Source: an uncultured Candidatus Saccharibacteria bacterium
Lineage (GTDB): Bacteria; Patescibacteriota; Dojkabacteria; JAOAGR01
Direction: 5' to 3'
DNA: 64,000 bases
NCBI GenBank assembly: GCA_964503755.1
Contig: CAZDBO010000002.1
Span: 64,261 to 128,260, forward strand
In this document: positions 31,118 through 41,424 of the stretch, one piece after another
How positions within the stretch are numbered: the first letter of the stretch is position 1
Layout: every line of letters starts with the position of its first letter
Position numbers and translations under genes: made by a program
Notes under the pieces: generated by a model
Database searches by the model: none
The model's input: the letters and a program-made list of their open reading frames with translations, nothing else
What the model was told of the DNA's origin: nothing

Positions 31118-32077
31118 ATGTCAAACTATAGTCAAGAGCAATTCTTAAATATTCAGAGAAAATATAGACTTATTGAATATCCTTCTGAAGTTAAAAAAAT
31201 AGAAGGTGAACCATATTTCAAACTAGATACTACTTTGACACTGAAATGTTCAAAAGAACGCAGTATACCCTTTATGATAGAAAATTTGCTACATCAAGGC
31301 AAAAGAAAGTTCACAATCTCTAGCTCCGGCAACGCTTCAAAAGTAGCAGTATGGTGTGCACTAAATAATCCTGAAATTGAAGAATTAAAAGTTTATCTAT
31401 CATCGAAATTTAACTACAACAAATATTTAGTACTATTTCAAATGTCCGATTTAGGATTGATGAAAAATAATTTTATTCGTAAAAAAAAATTTAAATACAA
31501 TAATATACAATTTTTCTTTTCAGATACTCCACGTAAAGAAGCATCTAAGGTTATAAATGACGGCTATTATTTGCTCAGAAGTTCTGTTGATACCAATAGT
31601 TTTTGGGGATATGCATCTATTGTCGAAGAATTAATTGAACAAATACCAAATTTAAAAGAAATTAGCAATATTTTTATTCCAGCCTCAAGTGGATCTACTG
31701 TCATCGGTATCTTTCAAGCTACTCAAAATGCAAATTTAAAAATGCGTTTTCACATAGTCCAAACAACAAAAGTTTATACATTAATAAAAAAGATGGTAGA
31801 AAATATACAACCCGAATTCGATCACCCGGCAGATTCAATTGTTGATATTGTTGGTAATCTAAGAAGTAGGATCGAAGATATAATTAGGTCAACCAATGGT
31901 ACTGCCAATGCCATATCGGCCGATGAATGCATATCAGTACTGAATTATTTGAAAAATAACTTAAAAATTAATGATGTCAGTTACGACTCGGCACTAGGTT
32001 ATGCCGCATTTTTATCACAGTCAAGCGGAGATAGTTCTATAAATTCAGAAAATTCTCTGATATTATTTACTGGATGA
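31118..32077 (+). CDS. fold-type II PLP-dependent enzyme, cysteine synthase (CysK/CysM)/TrpB-like, divergent
   Basis: The PLP-lysine context is ...TLKCSKERSIPFMIENLLHQGK-RKFTISSSGNAS, which parallels CysK (SVKDRIALAMIEDAEKRG...TSGNTG). The Gly-rich phosphate loop is IFIPASSGSTVIGI. Confidence 0.55.
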   Translation: MSNYSQEQFLNIQRKYRLIEYPSEVKKIEGEPYFKLDTTLTLKCSKERSIPFMIENLLHQGKRKFTISSSGNASKVAVWCALNNPEIEELKVYLSSKFNYNKYLVLFQMSDLGLMKNNFIRKKKFKYNNIQFFFSDTPRKEASKVINDGYYLLRSSVDTNSFWGYASIVEELIEQIPNLKEISNIFIPASSGSTVIGIFQATQNANLKMRFHIVQTTKVYTLIKKMVENIQPEFDHPADSIVDIVGNLRSRIEDIIRSTNGTANAISADECISVLNYLKNNLKINDVSYDSALGYAAFLSQSSGDSSINSENSLILFTG

Positions 32078-32835
32078 AAAATTCGATTGCTCCAAAAGAA
32101 GTTTTAGATGCTATCAAGAAATATGAAAATTTAACATTCAAAAATTTTAAAACAAAAGTGCCTTATTATAGAAATAGACCAACGTTACTTTTTACACCTC
32201 CTGTAGAAGCAGGAAAGGGTGATCCCGAAGAAATCCAAAAATACATTGATGAGGTGATAGCTAAATCACCATACGCAAACAGAATCAAAAATAATGATAC
32301 ATTCAGAAAAGCTTTGATAGCATTTGGAATAGGCTTGGATTGTTCTGGGCTTGTATATAATCTTCTTGATATATGGGCTAAAGTTAAACATCAAAAATCA
32401 TTAGCTCATTTTCTACCAAAAGAAAATCCAATATTTATAAGAAAATTTTTTTCAAGACTTATAAAACCACAATCATCAATGAGTGCTGATGACTTTACTT
32501 CTGAACCGTTTGCAAGGCAAATCAAAGGTACGTTAAATATACGAGCTGGTGATCTAATAAGAACAAAAGGGGGACATCATGTACTCATGATCATCTCTAC
32601 TGAGTTCTATGGAAATCATTTCGAAATAGTTGCTTACCAATCATCAGATTCGCATTATCCACATGGACTAGTATCAACCCTAATTCAAGTTCCCTCTGAT
32701 AAAATAAATTTAGCTTTAGGTACTTGGATCGATATGAAAGTAAAATATCTTTATAGAAACAAAAGTTATGAAGGATTTGTATTAGTTAGTGGAAGTGGAG
32801 TCTGGCGACCAAAGTTTTTAGAACAAGATGAATAA
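32074..32835 (+). CDS. NlpC/P60-like papain-fold protein (cytoplasmic; putative amidase/hydrolase)
   Basis: The motif GIGLDCSGLVYNLL resembles the NlpC/P60 catalytic Cys motif (GFDCSGLV). Downstream, RAGDLIRTKGGHHVLMII resembles the His region (GDLVFF...HVGIY). No signal peptide. The start overlaps the upstream gene by 4 nt. Confidence 0.45.
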   Translation: MKNSIAPKEVLDAIKKYENLTFKNFKTKVPYYRNRPTLLFTPPVEAGKGDPEEIQKYIDEVIAKSPYANRIKNNDTFRKALIAFGIGLDCSGLVYNLLDIWAKVKHQKSLAHFLPKENPIFIRKFFSRLIKPQSSMSADDFTSEPFARQIKGTLNIRAGDLIRTKGGHHVLMIISTEFYGNHFEIVAYQSSDSHYPHGLVSTLIQVPSDKINLALGTWIDMKVKYLYRNKSYEGFVLVSGSGVWRPKFLEQDE

Positions 32836-32840
32836 AAAAT

Positions 32841-33152
32841 ATGAAAGTTACAGTAAAAGAAGTAGTTGAACAATTAAAAAAAGTTATCGATCCAGAAATA
32901 GGTATGAATATTGTAGATATAGGATTAATTTACGATATTAAAATAGATAATTATGTAGTCAAAATAAAAATGTCACTTACAACACCAGGATGTCCACTAC
33001 AAGAATATTTTATCTCAGAGATAGAATCTGTTTTATTGGATCTGATTATTGATGATGTAGAGATAGATATCGTATGGGATCCACCCTGGGACATGTCAAT
33101 GATGGATGAAAATGCGAAATTAGAATTTTTTAATTCAATGAGACCAAACTAA
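32841..33152 (+). CDS. DUF59/SufT-like Fe-S cluster assembly protein
   Basis: ...VIDPEIGMNIVDIGLIYDI...MSLTTPGCPL...VWDPPW... is the MIP18/DUF59 signature. Confidence 0.75.
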   Translation: MKVTVKEVVEQLKKVIDPEIGMNIVDIGLIYDIKIDNYVVKIKMSLTTPGCPLQEYFISEIESVLLDLIIDDVEIDIVWDPPWDMSMMDENAKLEFFNSMRPN

Positions 33153-33154
33153 CA

Positions 33155-33919
33155 ATGAATAGAAAATTCTATACAAATAAAAATTTGTCTAAACTAAATA
33201 GAATTAAACTAAATAAAGAACAAACATACAAAATTAGACACGTATTAAGGCTTACAAAAGGTGATATTATCGAAATTTTTAATAATGAAATCATTGCAAC
33301 TGCTGAAATAATTATACCCAAATTTGACGGATGTGTTGTACAAATCAAAGAAAGACGTAAAGTAGATATAAAAGAGCTCAATTTGCCGAATATTCATCTA
33401 TTTCAATCATTTCCTAAAAATCCAAAATCTGAACTTATAGTAAAATCATCTGTAGCACTAGGTGTAAATTCGATTAGATTTTGGGGATCTGAAAGATCTG
33501 TAATAAAAGTAGAAAAACTTAATGAAAAAAAATTGGAAAGACTAACCAAAATCGCTATAGAAGAAAGTCAAATATCATTTAATCCAGTTCTACCAGATAT
33601 TTTTATACTACAAGAAAAAGATCTCGAATCCATTATTAATGAATATTATGCTAAATTTGATGCGATTTTTTATTTAGATATACACGGCGAGACGTTAAAT
33701 AATTTCTCACCTGATATATTTTCTGCAAACAGAGATATCGCAATATTCATAGGACCAGAAGGCGGTTTTAGTCCAAAAGAAAAAGAAACCTTCCAAAAAT
33801 ACAAGATTCATGCAATAAAAATATATTCAAACAATCTAAGAGTAGAAGAAGTTATTACTGTATTTATGAGTCAAATTTGGATATTAAACAAAATAAATAC
33901 TAAAATAAACTATGAATAA
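33155..33919 (+). CDS. rsmE: 16S rRNA (uracil1498-N3)-methyltransferase RsmE
   Basis: A PUA-like N-terminus. The motifs ...LFQSFPKNPKSELIV... and ...IFIGPEGGFSPKE... are present. Confidence 0.7.
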   Translation: MNRKFYTNKNLSKLNRIKLNKEQTYKIRHVLRLTKGDIIEIFNNEIIATAEIIIPKFDGCVVQIKERRKVDIKELNLPNIHLFQSFPKNPKSELIVKSSVALGVNSIRFWGSERSVIKVEKLNEKKLERLTKIAIEESQISFNPVLPDIFILQEKDLESIINEYYAKFDAIFYLDIHGETLNNFSPDIFSANRDIAIFIGPEGGFSPKEKETFQKYKIHAIKIYSNNLRVEEVITVFMSQIWILNKINTKINYE

Positions 33920-34802
33920 TACACAAAAAGTATCCACGAATAAAGAAAATAAAAATCAACAAAAATCTAAAAGCAAAAATAAATCAGTTACCACGCAAAA
34001 TAGTTCTGAAAAAAATAATAAAAAAATTTTAAATTTTTTTGATAAATCTAAAAGTTTTATTAAAAATAGATTTCCTAAATTATATGATTATTTATCAAAA
34101 AGAGCAGAAGCTTCTCTAACAATCTTAGGTGCAATTATTGCACTTTCTATAATTATATTTGGATCAATATATCTCTTTGGTCTTGATAAAGTCATTTTAA
34201 ATAATCAACAAATCGAAAAGACAAACCCAAACCTTGACGAATTAGTTTTGTATGACAGCGAAAAATACAAAATCTACTATCCTCAAAAATTCTCAGTTAC
34301 ACCAGTAGAAACAGAAATATATTTTATTGATGAAAATCCAAATAGCTACGGTGGCAATAACAATATTTTAGTATCTGATGGTAAAAATTTTGATTTTTTA
34401 AATCTCAAAATAGACAATGAAGATACATGCAAGAACAACGTAGAAACACTTACAAATTGGTATAAAACTTTCTTTTTAGAAAAATTAAACAACGATAAAT
34501 TAAAATTGGAAATTAAGTCATCTCAATTAAATAATTTTCAATACACAACTAAAGAGAAAACAAAATCATGCCTAATAGATCTAGTATACACTGTATATCG
34601 AGATGTGAAAGAATTTAAATTTACAATACAAGATATAACCATAACACCAATTCAAGGTGATGTCGAGTTTAATATTTTATTAAAAATCGTTAACAAAAAC
34701 GACACAGTAGGTGTTATCCAAGCTGGTTATGATCCAACAGATGTTTCACAAAAGCAAATTTTACTAATCAAAGAATCAGTTGAAAGATTCGATGTAAAAT
34801 AA
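33912..34802 (+). CDS. hypothetical membrane-anchored protein (N/K-rich N-terminus, one TM helix, large extracytoplasmic domain)
   Basis: A 296-aa ORF with the hydrophobic segment LTILGAIIALSIIIFGSIYLF. No recognised motif. Confidence 0.35.
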   Translation: MNNTQKVSTNKENKNQQKSKSKNKSVTTQNSSEKNNKKILNFFDKSKSFIKNRFPKLYDYLSKRAEASLTILGAIIALSIIIFGSIYLFGLDKVILNNQQIEKTNPNLDELVLYDSEKYKIYYPQKFSVTPVETEIYFIDENPNSYGGNNNILVSDGKNFDFLNLKIDNEDTCKNNVETLTNWYKTFFLEKLNNDKLKLEIKSSQLNNFQYTTKEKTKSCLIDLVYTVYRDVKEFKFTIQDITITPIQGDVEFNILLKIVNKNDTVGVIQAGYDPTDVSQKQILLIKESVERFDVK

Positions 34803-34808
34803 GCATTT

Positions 34809-35558
34809 ATGTATTTAGATTTGGACAGAGAAATAATCACTGTTCTTGGCAAAATGTCTTTTTATAAAAATCTTTTTACTACAACTAGTAAATACAAAAA
34901 TCTAATTCCTTTTTTAGTAACATACGAGAAAGTTACACTAAAAGTAATATCAAAATATGTTGAAAACAAAACATTTTATCAAAGTTGGTATTCAATGAAA
35001 AAATTAGATGTATTATTTGCTGAAAAATATTTTAGACCTTTGAAAGCTTTTTTGAAAAGAAAAAAAATACCATCACCTTGGCAAAATTATTTCAAAATAT
35101 GTAAGACAACAAAAAACTATCCACCTATATTTTATCTTTTAATCGGTATTAACTGCCATATTAATTCTGATCTATACGAATGTCTGTGTAGATTAAAATA
35201 TAGATCTAAAGATGACTTTGAAAAGATAAATCAAATTCTAGAAAGTCTAATAGAAGAAGTACTAACATATCTAGCATTTGAGGATAAAGACATTATCGCA
35301 TTTGGTGGTCTTGTCTTTAAACAAATAGCCCACGAAGAGTTTAGAAAAGTGATAGTAAAATGGCGAGACCAAGCATGGATAAACTATCAAAACAGGACAA
35401 AAGAAGATTTTAAAACTAATTTAGAATCAATAAAATATCAGACAGAACAGCTTACTTTGGAGATAAAAAAAATATTCGATGAGTTATATACGCCACAAAA
35501 TGCGATAAATGCAATAGATGCAGTTACGAAACTTAATTTATTGAAAGTAGTGATTTAA
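34809..35558 (+). CDS. hypothetical protein
   Basis: A 249-aa ORF with no recognised motif. It is separated from the upstream ORF by a 6-nt gap. Confidence 0.35.
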   Translation: MYLDLDREIITVLGKMSFYKNLFTTTSKYKNLIPFLVTYEKVTLKVISKYVENKTFYQSWYSMKKLDVLFAEKYFRPLKAFLKRKKIPSPWQNYFKICKTTKNYPPIFYLLIGINCHINSDLYECLCRLKYRSKDDFEKINQILESLIEEVLTYLAFEDKDIIAFGGLVFKQIAHEEFRKVIVKWRDQAWINYQNRTKEDFKTNLESIKYQTEQLTLEIKKIFDELYTPQNAINAIDAVTKLNLLKVVI

Positions 35559-36247
35559 ATGTTCAAATCAACTAAATCAACACAGTCTATTTTATATTCA
35601 CCTATACCTAATCTTCTTATATTTTTGCAACAAGCACCTACCCCAAGCCTACGTCCAATTTCACTAGCAATCGAACGTACATAACTACCAGAAGACACTT
35701 TCATCTCCACAGTTAACAATTTTATATTATGTCCATTAAATGAATCATCTTTTAGAGAAATCAATTTCAAATATCTTATCTGCATTAATTTTTTAGGTAT
35801 GCTAATCTCACCTAAAGAACCTGATTTCCGAATGATATTACATAATTTTTGGCCGTTAATGCGTTTGGCACTATATGCAGGCACTTCTAATTCTATATCG
35901 CAACCACTAAGGTCATCAATTACCTTTTTAACTTTTTCCTCATCTATATGATCAACAGCTTGAAATTCCGTGGGTTTCATCTCTAGATCCAGAGTAGGGG
36001 TAGTAAAACCTAGAATAATTTCAGTAAAATATGTTTTATCTAACCCGACGTAATTTATCAGCTTTTTTGTCGATTTACCAATACCACAAATCATCAGTCC
36101 CGAAGCCAGAGGATCAAGAGTACCAGCATGCCCAATCTTTTTAATACCAAATTTTTTTCTAAGCAATCTTATTACATCAAACGACGTTATCCCAACAGGC
36201 TTATCGACAAAAATGATCTTATCTAAATTTTTCTCTTCAAGATGCAT
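35555..36247 (-). CDS. truB: tRNA pseudouridine(55) synthase
   Basis: ...FVDKPVGITSFDVIRLLRKKFGIKKIGHAGTLDPLASGLMICGIGKSTK... contains the catalytic-Asp motif GHxGTLDP. Confidence 0.85.
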   Translation of the reverse strand: MHLEEKNLDKIIFVDKPVGITSFDVIRLLRKKFGIKKIGHAGTLDPLASGLMICGIGKSTKKLINYVGLDKTYFTEIILGFTTPTLDLEMKPTEFQAVDHIDEEKVKKVIDDLSGCDIELEVPAYSAKRINGQKLCNIIRKSGSLGEISIPKKLMQIRYLKLISLKDDSFNGHNIKLLTVEMKVSSGSYVRSIASEIGRRLGVGACCKNIRRLGIGEYKIDCVDLVDLNI

Positions 36248-37554
36248 AATCCTTCAACATGAGGTGTCTGAGGATAATAATCATAAAATCTAATAAAATC
36301 AATATCATAAATAGAATTTAACATACCTACATCTCTAGCTAAAGTAGTTACATTGCATGATAAATAAATTATCAATCTTGGCTTTGATTCTATCACTCTC
36401 TTGATTAATTTTGTATGTAGTCCACTTCTAGGCGGATCTACTATCAACACATCATTTTCATTAAAAATTTTTACTTTTTCAGCAGGCATTGGCAGGGCAT
36501 AAAAATTATTTATATTGTTTAATTTTGCGTTAGAAAGAGAATATTTAACTGCTATATCATCAATTTCAAATGCGACTACTTGGTTGAAATATTCTGCTAA
36601 AGACAATCCAATAGTTCCCACCCCAGCGTACAATTCAACAGCTTTCGGCTTAGAGACAAAATTAGCTCCTTCTAAATAATTTCTAATGTCAGTTAACGTT
36701 TTTTCGAATAAAGTTATATTATTTTGAAAAAAACTAAGATATCTGTATTCAAAAACTTTATCTAAAATTTTTTCTCTTATGTTTTCTTGACCATTTTTAA
36801 ACAAAATCTCGTCAATCGTTGTAATTGGAGTTTTGTACGATGAATGAACAACTACAAAATTAGGAAAATTAAATTTTTTTAATATCTCAAGAGAATTAAT
36901 AACTCTATCTTTTTTATTTTTTACCGCCAACAAAATGCTAGAAGTCTCAGAAAAATTAAAACTTTTTCTAATTACGATAGATTTCAAATCATATTTTTCA
37001 AGACATGAAAATCTTATCAGTTCCAACAGTTCTAAAGCTTTATTATTTAAATCCTCATCAAACAGGCGACAACCGCAATCCAAAATATAATACTCATTGT
37101 GTTTTGTGGGCTTGTGGAACGCCAAAAATACATTCTTATCAATCTCGGCAAAAGAATATTCAACCTTAGTACGATAATGCCATAGGTTTTTATCATCATA
37201 TTCTAGGATTGGATCTATATCTGCATGGACAAAAGCATGAAATACCTTTTTAATAATGTATTTCTTTAGCTGTATTTGATAATGATAATCCATTACTTGC
37301 CATGGTGAACAACTCAAATAATGTTCTTCTTTAGCCTTTTGTCTGAAAGGACTTGACTTAATAACTTCAGATATAATACATCGTATTTCATTTTTGTTTT
37401 TCTTTATGATTTTAACATTTACTACCTCATCAGGAAAAGCTCCTATCACATAAAAAGTCTCGTCATCAAGCATTGCTTTTCCTTTTCCATCTGCAACTAT
37501 GTCTTGTATTACTAAAGGCCCTATTTGATTATTTATTTCTCTCATTACGTACAA
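36223..37554 (-). CDS. TRAM-domain RNA (uracil-5-)-methyltransferase, RlmD/RumA/TrmA family
   Basis: The N-terminus is a TRAM-like beta-barrel. The motifs AVELYAGVGTIGL, IVDPPRSGL and IIYLSCNVTTLARD are present. Confidence 0.7.
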   Translation of the reverse strand: MYVMREINNQIGPLVIQDIVADGKGKAMLDDETFYVIGAFPDEVVNVKIIKKNKNEIRCIISEVIKSSPFRQKAKEEHYLSCSPWQVMDYHYQIQLKKYIIKKVFHAFVHADIDPILEYDDKNLWHYRTKVEYSFAEIDKNVFLAFHKPTKHNEYYILDCGCRLFDEDLNNKALELLELIRFSCLEKYDLKSIVIRKSFNFSETSSILLAVKNKKDRVINSLEILKKFNFPNFVVVHSSYKTPITTIDEILFKNGQENIREKILDKVFEYRYLSFFQNNITLFEKTLTDIRNYLEGANFVSKPKAVELYAGVGTIGLSLAEYFNQVVAFEIDDIAVKYSLSNAKLNNINNFYALPMPAEKVKIFNENDVLIVDPPRSGLHTKLIKRVIESKPRLIIYLSCNVTTLARDVGMLNSIYDIDFIRFYDYYPQTPHVEGLCILKRKI

Positions 37555-38320
37555 ACCTTATAGTACCAACAAAAAACATTATAAGGAATAAAACAGAAAT
37601 TACAATTAAATTAACATAAAAATTATTTAATACAAAAATATCATAACTCAAAGTACCAGAATAATAAACAGATCTAATAATATCTACTGCATATGTCATA
37701 GGCGCTAGATGTGATAGTATATTAAGAACTAAAGGCTGATTGGTAATAGGAAAAAATATACCAGCTAGAAAAAATTGAGGAAATATCAAAATAGGAAATA
37801 GTTGATTTACAGAACGATATTCAGGTATTAGAGACAAAATAAATAATCCAAATGATGCACCAAAAAAACATATCAGTGGTAAAAAAGGAATTATTAGTAA
37901 AACCCTTGTCCAATCAAGACCAACATTTAATATAAAAGCAAATATAAAAATCCCGATTGATTGTAAAAGTGAAATACTAGATTCACCCAAGATTTTGCCA
38001 AATATAATTGCATATCTTGATGCCGGAGATACAAAGATCTCTTGTGAAAAATCACTCTCTCTGTCCTGTGCAAGATACAAAACACCCAATGCTGTAGATT
38101 GAAACAAAGATTGTGCCAAAACCCCTAAAAAAGTAAATGATAAAAGATCAATATTTAATTTATCACCAAGGTTAGAATTAATTCCAGCTCCAAAAACTCC
38201 GATAAGAATAAGGGAAAATAATAAACTCGACAGTATTCTAAATTTATTTGCTAAAAACTTCCTTATGTCTCTATGTGCAATAATCAAAACTGAATTTATA
38301 AAAAATTTCACATTTGCCAT
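37529..38320 (-). CDS. ABC-2 type transporter permease
   Basis: A 263-aa ORF with six predicted TM helices. It lies directly upstream of the ATPase gene on the same strand. Confidence 0.65.
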   Translation of the reverse strand: MANVKFFINSVLIIAHRDIRKFLANKFRILSSLLFSLILIGVFGAGINSNLGDKLNIDLLSFTFLGVLAQSLFQSTALGVLYLAQDRESDFSQEIFVSPASRYAIIFGKILGESSISLLQSIGIFIFAFILNVGLDWTRVLLIIPFLPLICFFGASFGLFILSLIPEYRSVNQLFPILIFPQFFLAGIFFPITNQPLVLNILSHLAPMTYAVDIIRSVYYSGTLSYDIFVLNNFYVNLIVISVLFLIMFFVGTIRFVRNERNK

Positions 38321-38327
38321 AAAAGTT

Positions 38328-39272
38328 TTAATTTTCTAATGCATTAATTAATTTTAAATATACGTCCTCTAATTTGGGTTTATTTATATCAATATCAACT
38401 ATACCATGCATACTAAATATCCAATTTATATCAGAAAAGTTGTCATAACAAATACGAATTATGTTGCCAGGTAAATCTTCCCAAGAAAGACTGGTCTCTT
38501 TTAATCTTTGGGTTAGTTCATTTTCTATATATTTCTGATAAGTTATTGTGACAAATTTTCTTTCAAATTTACGCTTTAATTCTGTAGGAGAATCAAGTGT
38601 AACTATTTTTCCTTGATTTATGATACAGATCTTGTCTGCATTTTCTACTTCATCTAAATAATGAGTAGTAATAAATATTGTAGTCCCACTATTTTTTCTT
38701 ACGTTGTCAAGATAGATCCAGAGATTTCTCCTAATCTCTGGATCTAGACCAACTGTAGGCTCATCCAGAAAAAGAATCTGTGGTGTATGCATAAGAGAAC
38801 GAATAATCTCTAATTTACGCACCATACCACCGGAATATGAAGTAACAGGTTTAAAAATAGCATCTTCTAATCCAAATATCTCAGTCAATGTACTTAATCG
38901 ATCTTTATAAGATTGTGGTGCTAAAAAATATGTTGGTGAAAAAGGAATAATACCCCACAACACACAATGAAATCTAATATTCTCTTCACCCGTTAGATCC
39001 TTATCTACAGAGGGCTTTTGAAATATAATGCCAATCTTTTCTCGAACTTTATCTGGATATTCTTCTACATCCATACCACATATTTTTACTATACCTGATG
39101 TTTTCGAAATTACAGTTGTCAAAATAGAAACAGTTGTTGTTTTACCAGCGCCATTTGGACCTAAGAATGCAAAAAGCTCACCCTCAAAAACATCAAATGT
39201 AATACCATCAACAGCCCTCTTTCCATCTTTATAAGCCTTAACTAAACTTTTTACTTCTATTATTTTATTCAC
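38328..39272 (-). CDS. ABC transporter ATP-binding protein
   Basis: Walker A (GPNGAGKTTT), the signature motif (YSGGMVRKLEI) and Walker B (ILFLDEPTVGLD) are present. Confidence 0.85.
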   Translation of the reverse strand: MNKIIEVKSLVKAYKDGKRAVDGITFDVFEGELFAFLGPNGAGKTTTVSILTTVISKTSGIVKICGMDVEEYPDKVREKIGIIFQKPSVDKDLTGEENIRFHCVLWGIIPFSPTYFLAPQSYKDRLSTLTEIFGLEDAIFKPVTSYSGGMVRKLEIIRSLMHTPQILFLDEPTVGLDPEIRRNLWIYLDNVRKNSGTTIFITTHYLDEVENADKICIINQGKIVTLDSPTELKRKFERKFVTITYQKYIENELTQRLKETSLSWEDLPGNIIRICYDNFSDINWIFSMHGIVDIDINKPKLEDVYLKLINALEN

Positions 39273-39760
39273 TTTGTAATTGTATATTTATAAAAATTGG
39301 TAGTCAAGAAAAGTTTCAATTTAAAAATAAGTGATTATTTAAAACTTTGTTAATTAATTTGAGAAAAAATTAATATACCCAAAATTAGATATCTCGACGA
39401 TAAACAATATTGAACAATATATTTTTCAAAAATAAAATCTTCAACTAAATACACTTGTGATCTTTTGATAATTTCACATTTAAATCTTTGAATTGAAGCT
39501 AAACACTTTTTGTATTCTGAGCCACTAATCCTGATAAACTTATAATAACTAAAAATGTATAATTAGTCCAAATTATACAATCTTCCTTATAAATAAAATA
39601 ATACTTTATTAATAATGCTTTTATCTATTAAGGTAGATGAGGAAACGATAATTGTAAAAATGAAAAGTTAATTAAAAATCCTTTGATGTAAAGACTCGTC
39701 AGTTAAAATATTAAATTGTTTAAAATGCTTTAATTAATAAATATTTATGAACTTTTTTCA

Positions 39761-39780
39761 CCCCATGGTTAGCCATGGGG
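39761..39780. repeat. dispersed copy of the CCATGG-family palindrome (CCCCATGGTTAGCCATGGGG)
   Basis: It has the same core as the copies at 9050 and 9809, and is followed by TCTCATG as at 11799. Confidence 0.6.
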
Positions 39781-39978
39781 TCTCATGTCTAAAGAGTTTC
39801 AGGTCCAAGATAAACAATGTTTGCTTAATAGAATTTACAAAGTCAAAATTCCGATCATAAGATCTTATTACCTCATTAGTGTCACATGAACATATCCCAT
39901 ATCATATGGATATATATAATATTCTAAATTATCAGATTCAGAAATCATTATTAAAACTATTATAATATCTTACTTATC

Positions 39979-41424
39979 ATGCACGACAACCCAATCAAAA
40001 ACTTAGTCTCAACAATCCCCCAACTACCCGGATGTTATATTTTTTATGATGAAAATCATACACCAATATACGTTGGAAAAGCCAAAAATCTAAAAAAACG
40101 TGTAGGTTCGTACTTTACAAACTATCCAAAATTAGTTGAACGAATACAATTAATGATTGATAACGCTCATGATATTGAGACTTTCGTAGTAGACAGCGAA
40201 TACGAAGCCTTACTTTTAGAAGCCACATTGATTAAAAAATATAAGCCAAAATACAATATTCTTTTGAAAGATGACAAATCTTATTCGTGGATAAAGATAA
40301 CTAAATCTGAATATCCAATCGTAACAAGAGCAAGAAATACAAAAGATAAAAATGCTTATTATTTTGGACCATTTCAAAATACTGAGGCAAGAGATAGTAT
40401 ATTGAGATTTCTGAGAAGAGAATTTCCTTATCGTTCTTGTAGCTATGACCTAAATGAGGAAGAGTTAAAAATACGTGAAGAACGTAGAAAAAATGGAGAA
40501 AAAATAATAAGCAGATTGTGTACCTTTTATCATATTGGTAGATGTCCAGGACCTTGTGAAAATCTTGTATCAAAAGAAGAATATAATGATAATATCGATA
40601 AAATAATAAAATTTTTGCGCAATAAAAAAGCAGTTCTTCTCAAGGATCTAGAAAACAAGATGAAATATTATGCTGATAATCTCGAATTTGAGAAAGCTGC
40701 AAGAGTAAAAATGCAGATTGATGAAATCAAAAAATTAAACACAAGTCAGATGATTGGACTTGGAGATGAAGAATATGATGTACTTTACTTGGAATATCAA
40801 AGATCAATAAAAGGCTTAAAAATACTAATAAAAAAACTAGGTATTTATAATTTCAAAGGCAAAACAAAAGAAGAAATAGCAAATTATTTAGATAACTTTA
40901 GAATTGAATGTTTTGATATTTCAAATATTCAAGGAACAAATCCAGTAGGTTCTATGGTAGTAAATATCGGAGGACGAATGGTTAAATCTCACTACAGAAA
41001 ATTTAAAATCTATTCTAAAAATAGACCTGATGACTTTTCTATGATGCAAGAAATGTTAGAAAGACGACTTTTGTATCTTACTTCTAACCTAAATGCAAAT
41101 GTAAATTTACCAGAAGAACTAAAACATAAAACGAAAAAAGAAGACTCATCATTCGGTGCAAAACCAGATTTGATAATTATTGATGGAGGAAAAGGCCAGT
41201 TAAATGCAGTACTCAAAGTATTAAAAAATTTAAATATATCTTATATCAATATAATTTCATTAGCTAAAAGGAGAGAAGAAGTTTATATTCCTCTAAATCC
41301 CAATCCCATAAGCTTTCATGATAAAAAAGAAGCACTTTTTTTACTACAAAGAATTAGAGACGAGGCGCACAGGTTTGGGATAACATTTCATCGGAATAGA
41401 AGAAGCAATAGTATGTTACAATAA
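39979..41424 (+). CDS. uvrC: excinuclease ABC subunit C (short form, no C-terminal HhH)
   Basis: The GIY-YIG domain is LPGCYIFYDENHTPIYVGKAKNLKKRVGSYF. The C-terminal endonuclease region is LIIIDGGKGQLN...LAKRREEVYIP...EAHRF. Confidence 0.75.
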   Translation: MHDNPIKNLVSTIPQLPGCYIFYDENHTPIYVGKAKNLKKRVGSYFTNYPKLVERIQLMIDNAHDIETFVVDSEYEALLLEATLIKKYKPKYNILLKDDKSYSWIKITKSEYPIVTRARNTKDKNAYYFGPFQNTEARDSILRFLRREFPYRSCSYDLNEEELKIREERRKNGEKIISRLCTFYHIGRCPGPCENLVSKEEYNDNIDKIIKFLRNKKAVLLKDLENKMKYYADNLEFEKAARVKMQIDEIKKLNTSQMIGLGDEEYDVLYLEYQRSIKGLKILIKKLGIYNFKGKTKEEIANYLDNFRIECFDISNIQGTNPVGSMVVNIGGRMVKSHYRKFKIYSKNRPDDFSMMQEMLERRLLYLTSNLNANVNLPEELKHKTKKEDSSFGAKPDLIIIDGGKGQLNAVLKVLKNLNISYINIISLAKRREEVYIPLNPNPISFHDKKEALFLLQRIRDEAHRFGITFHRNRRSNSMLQ

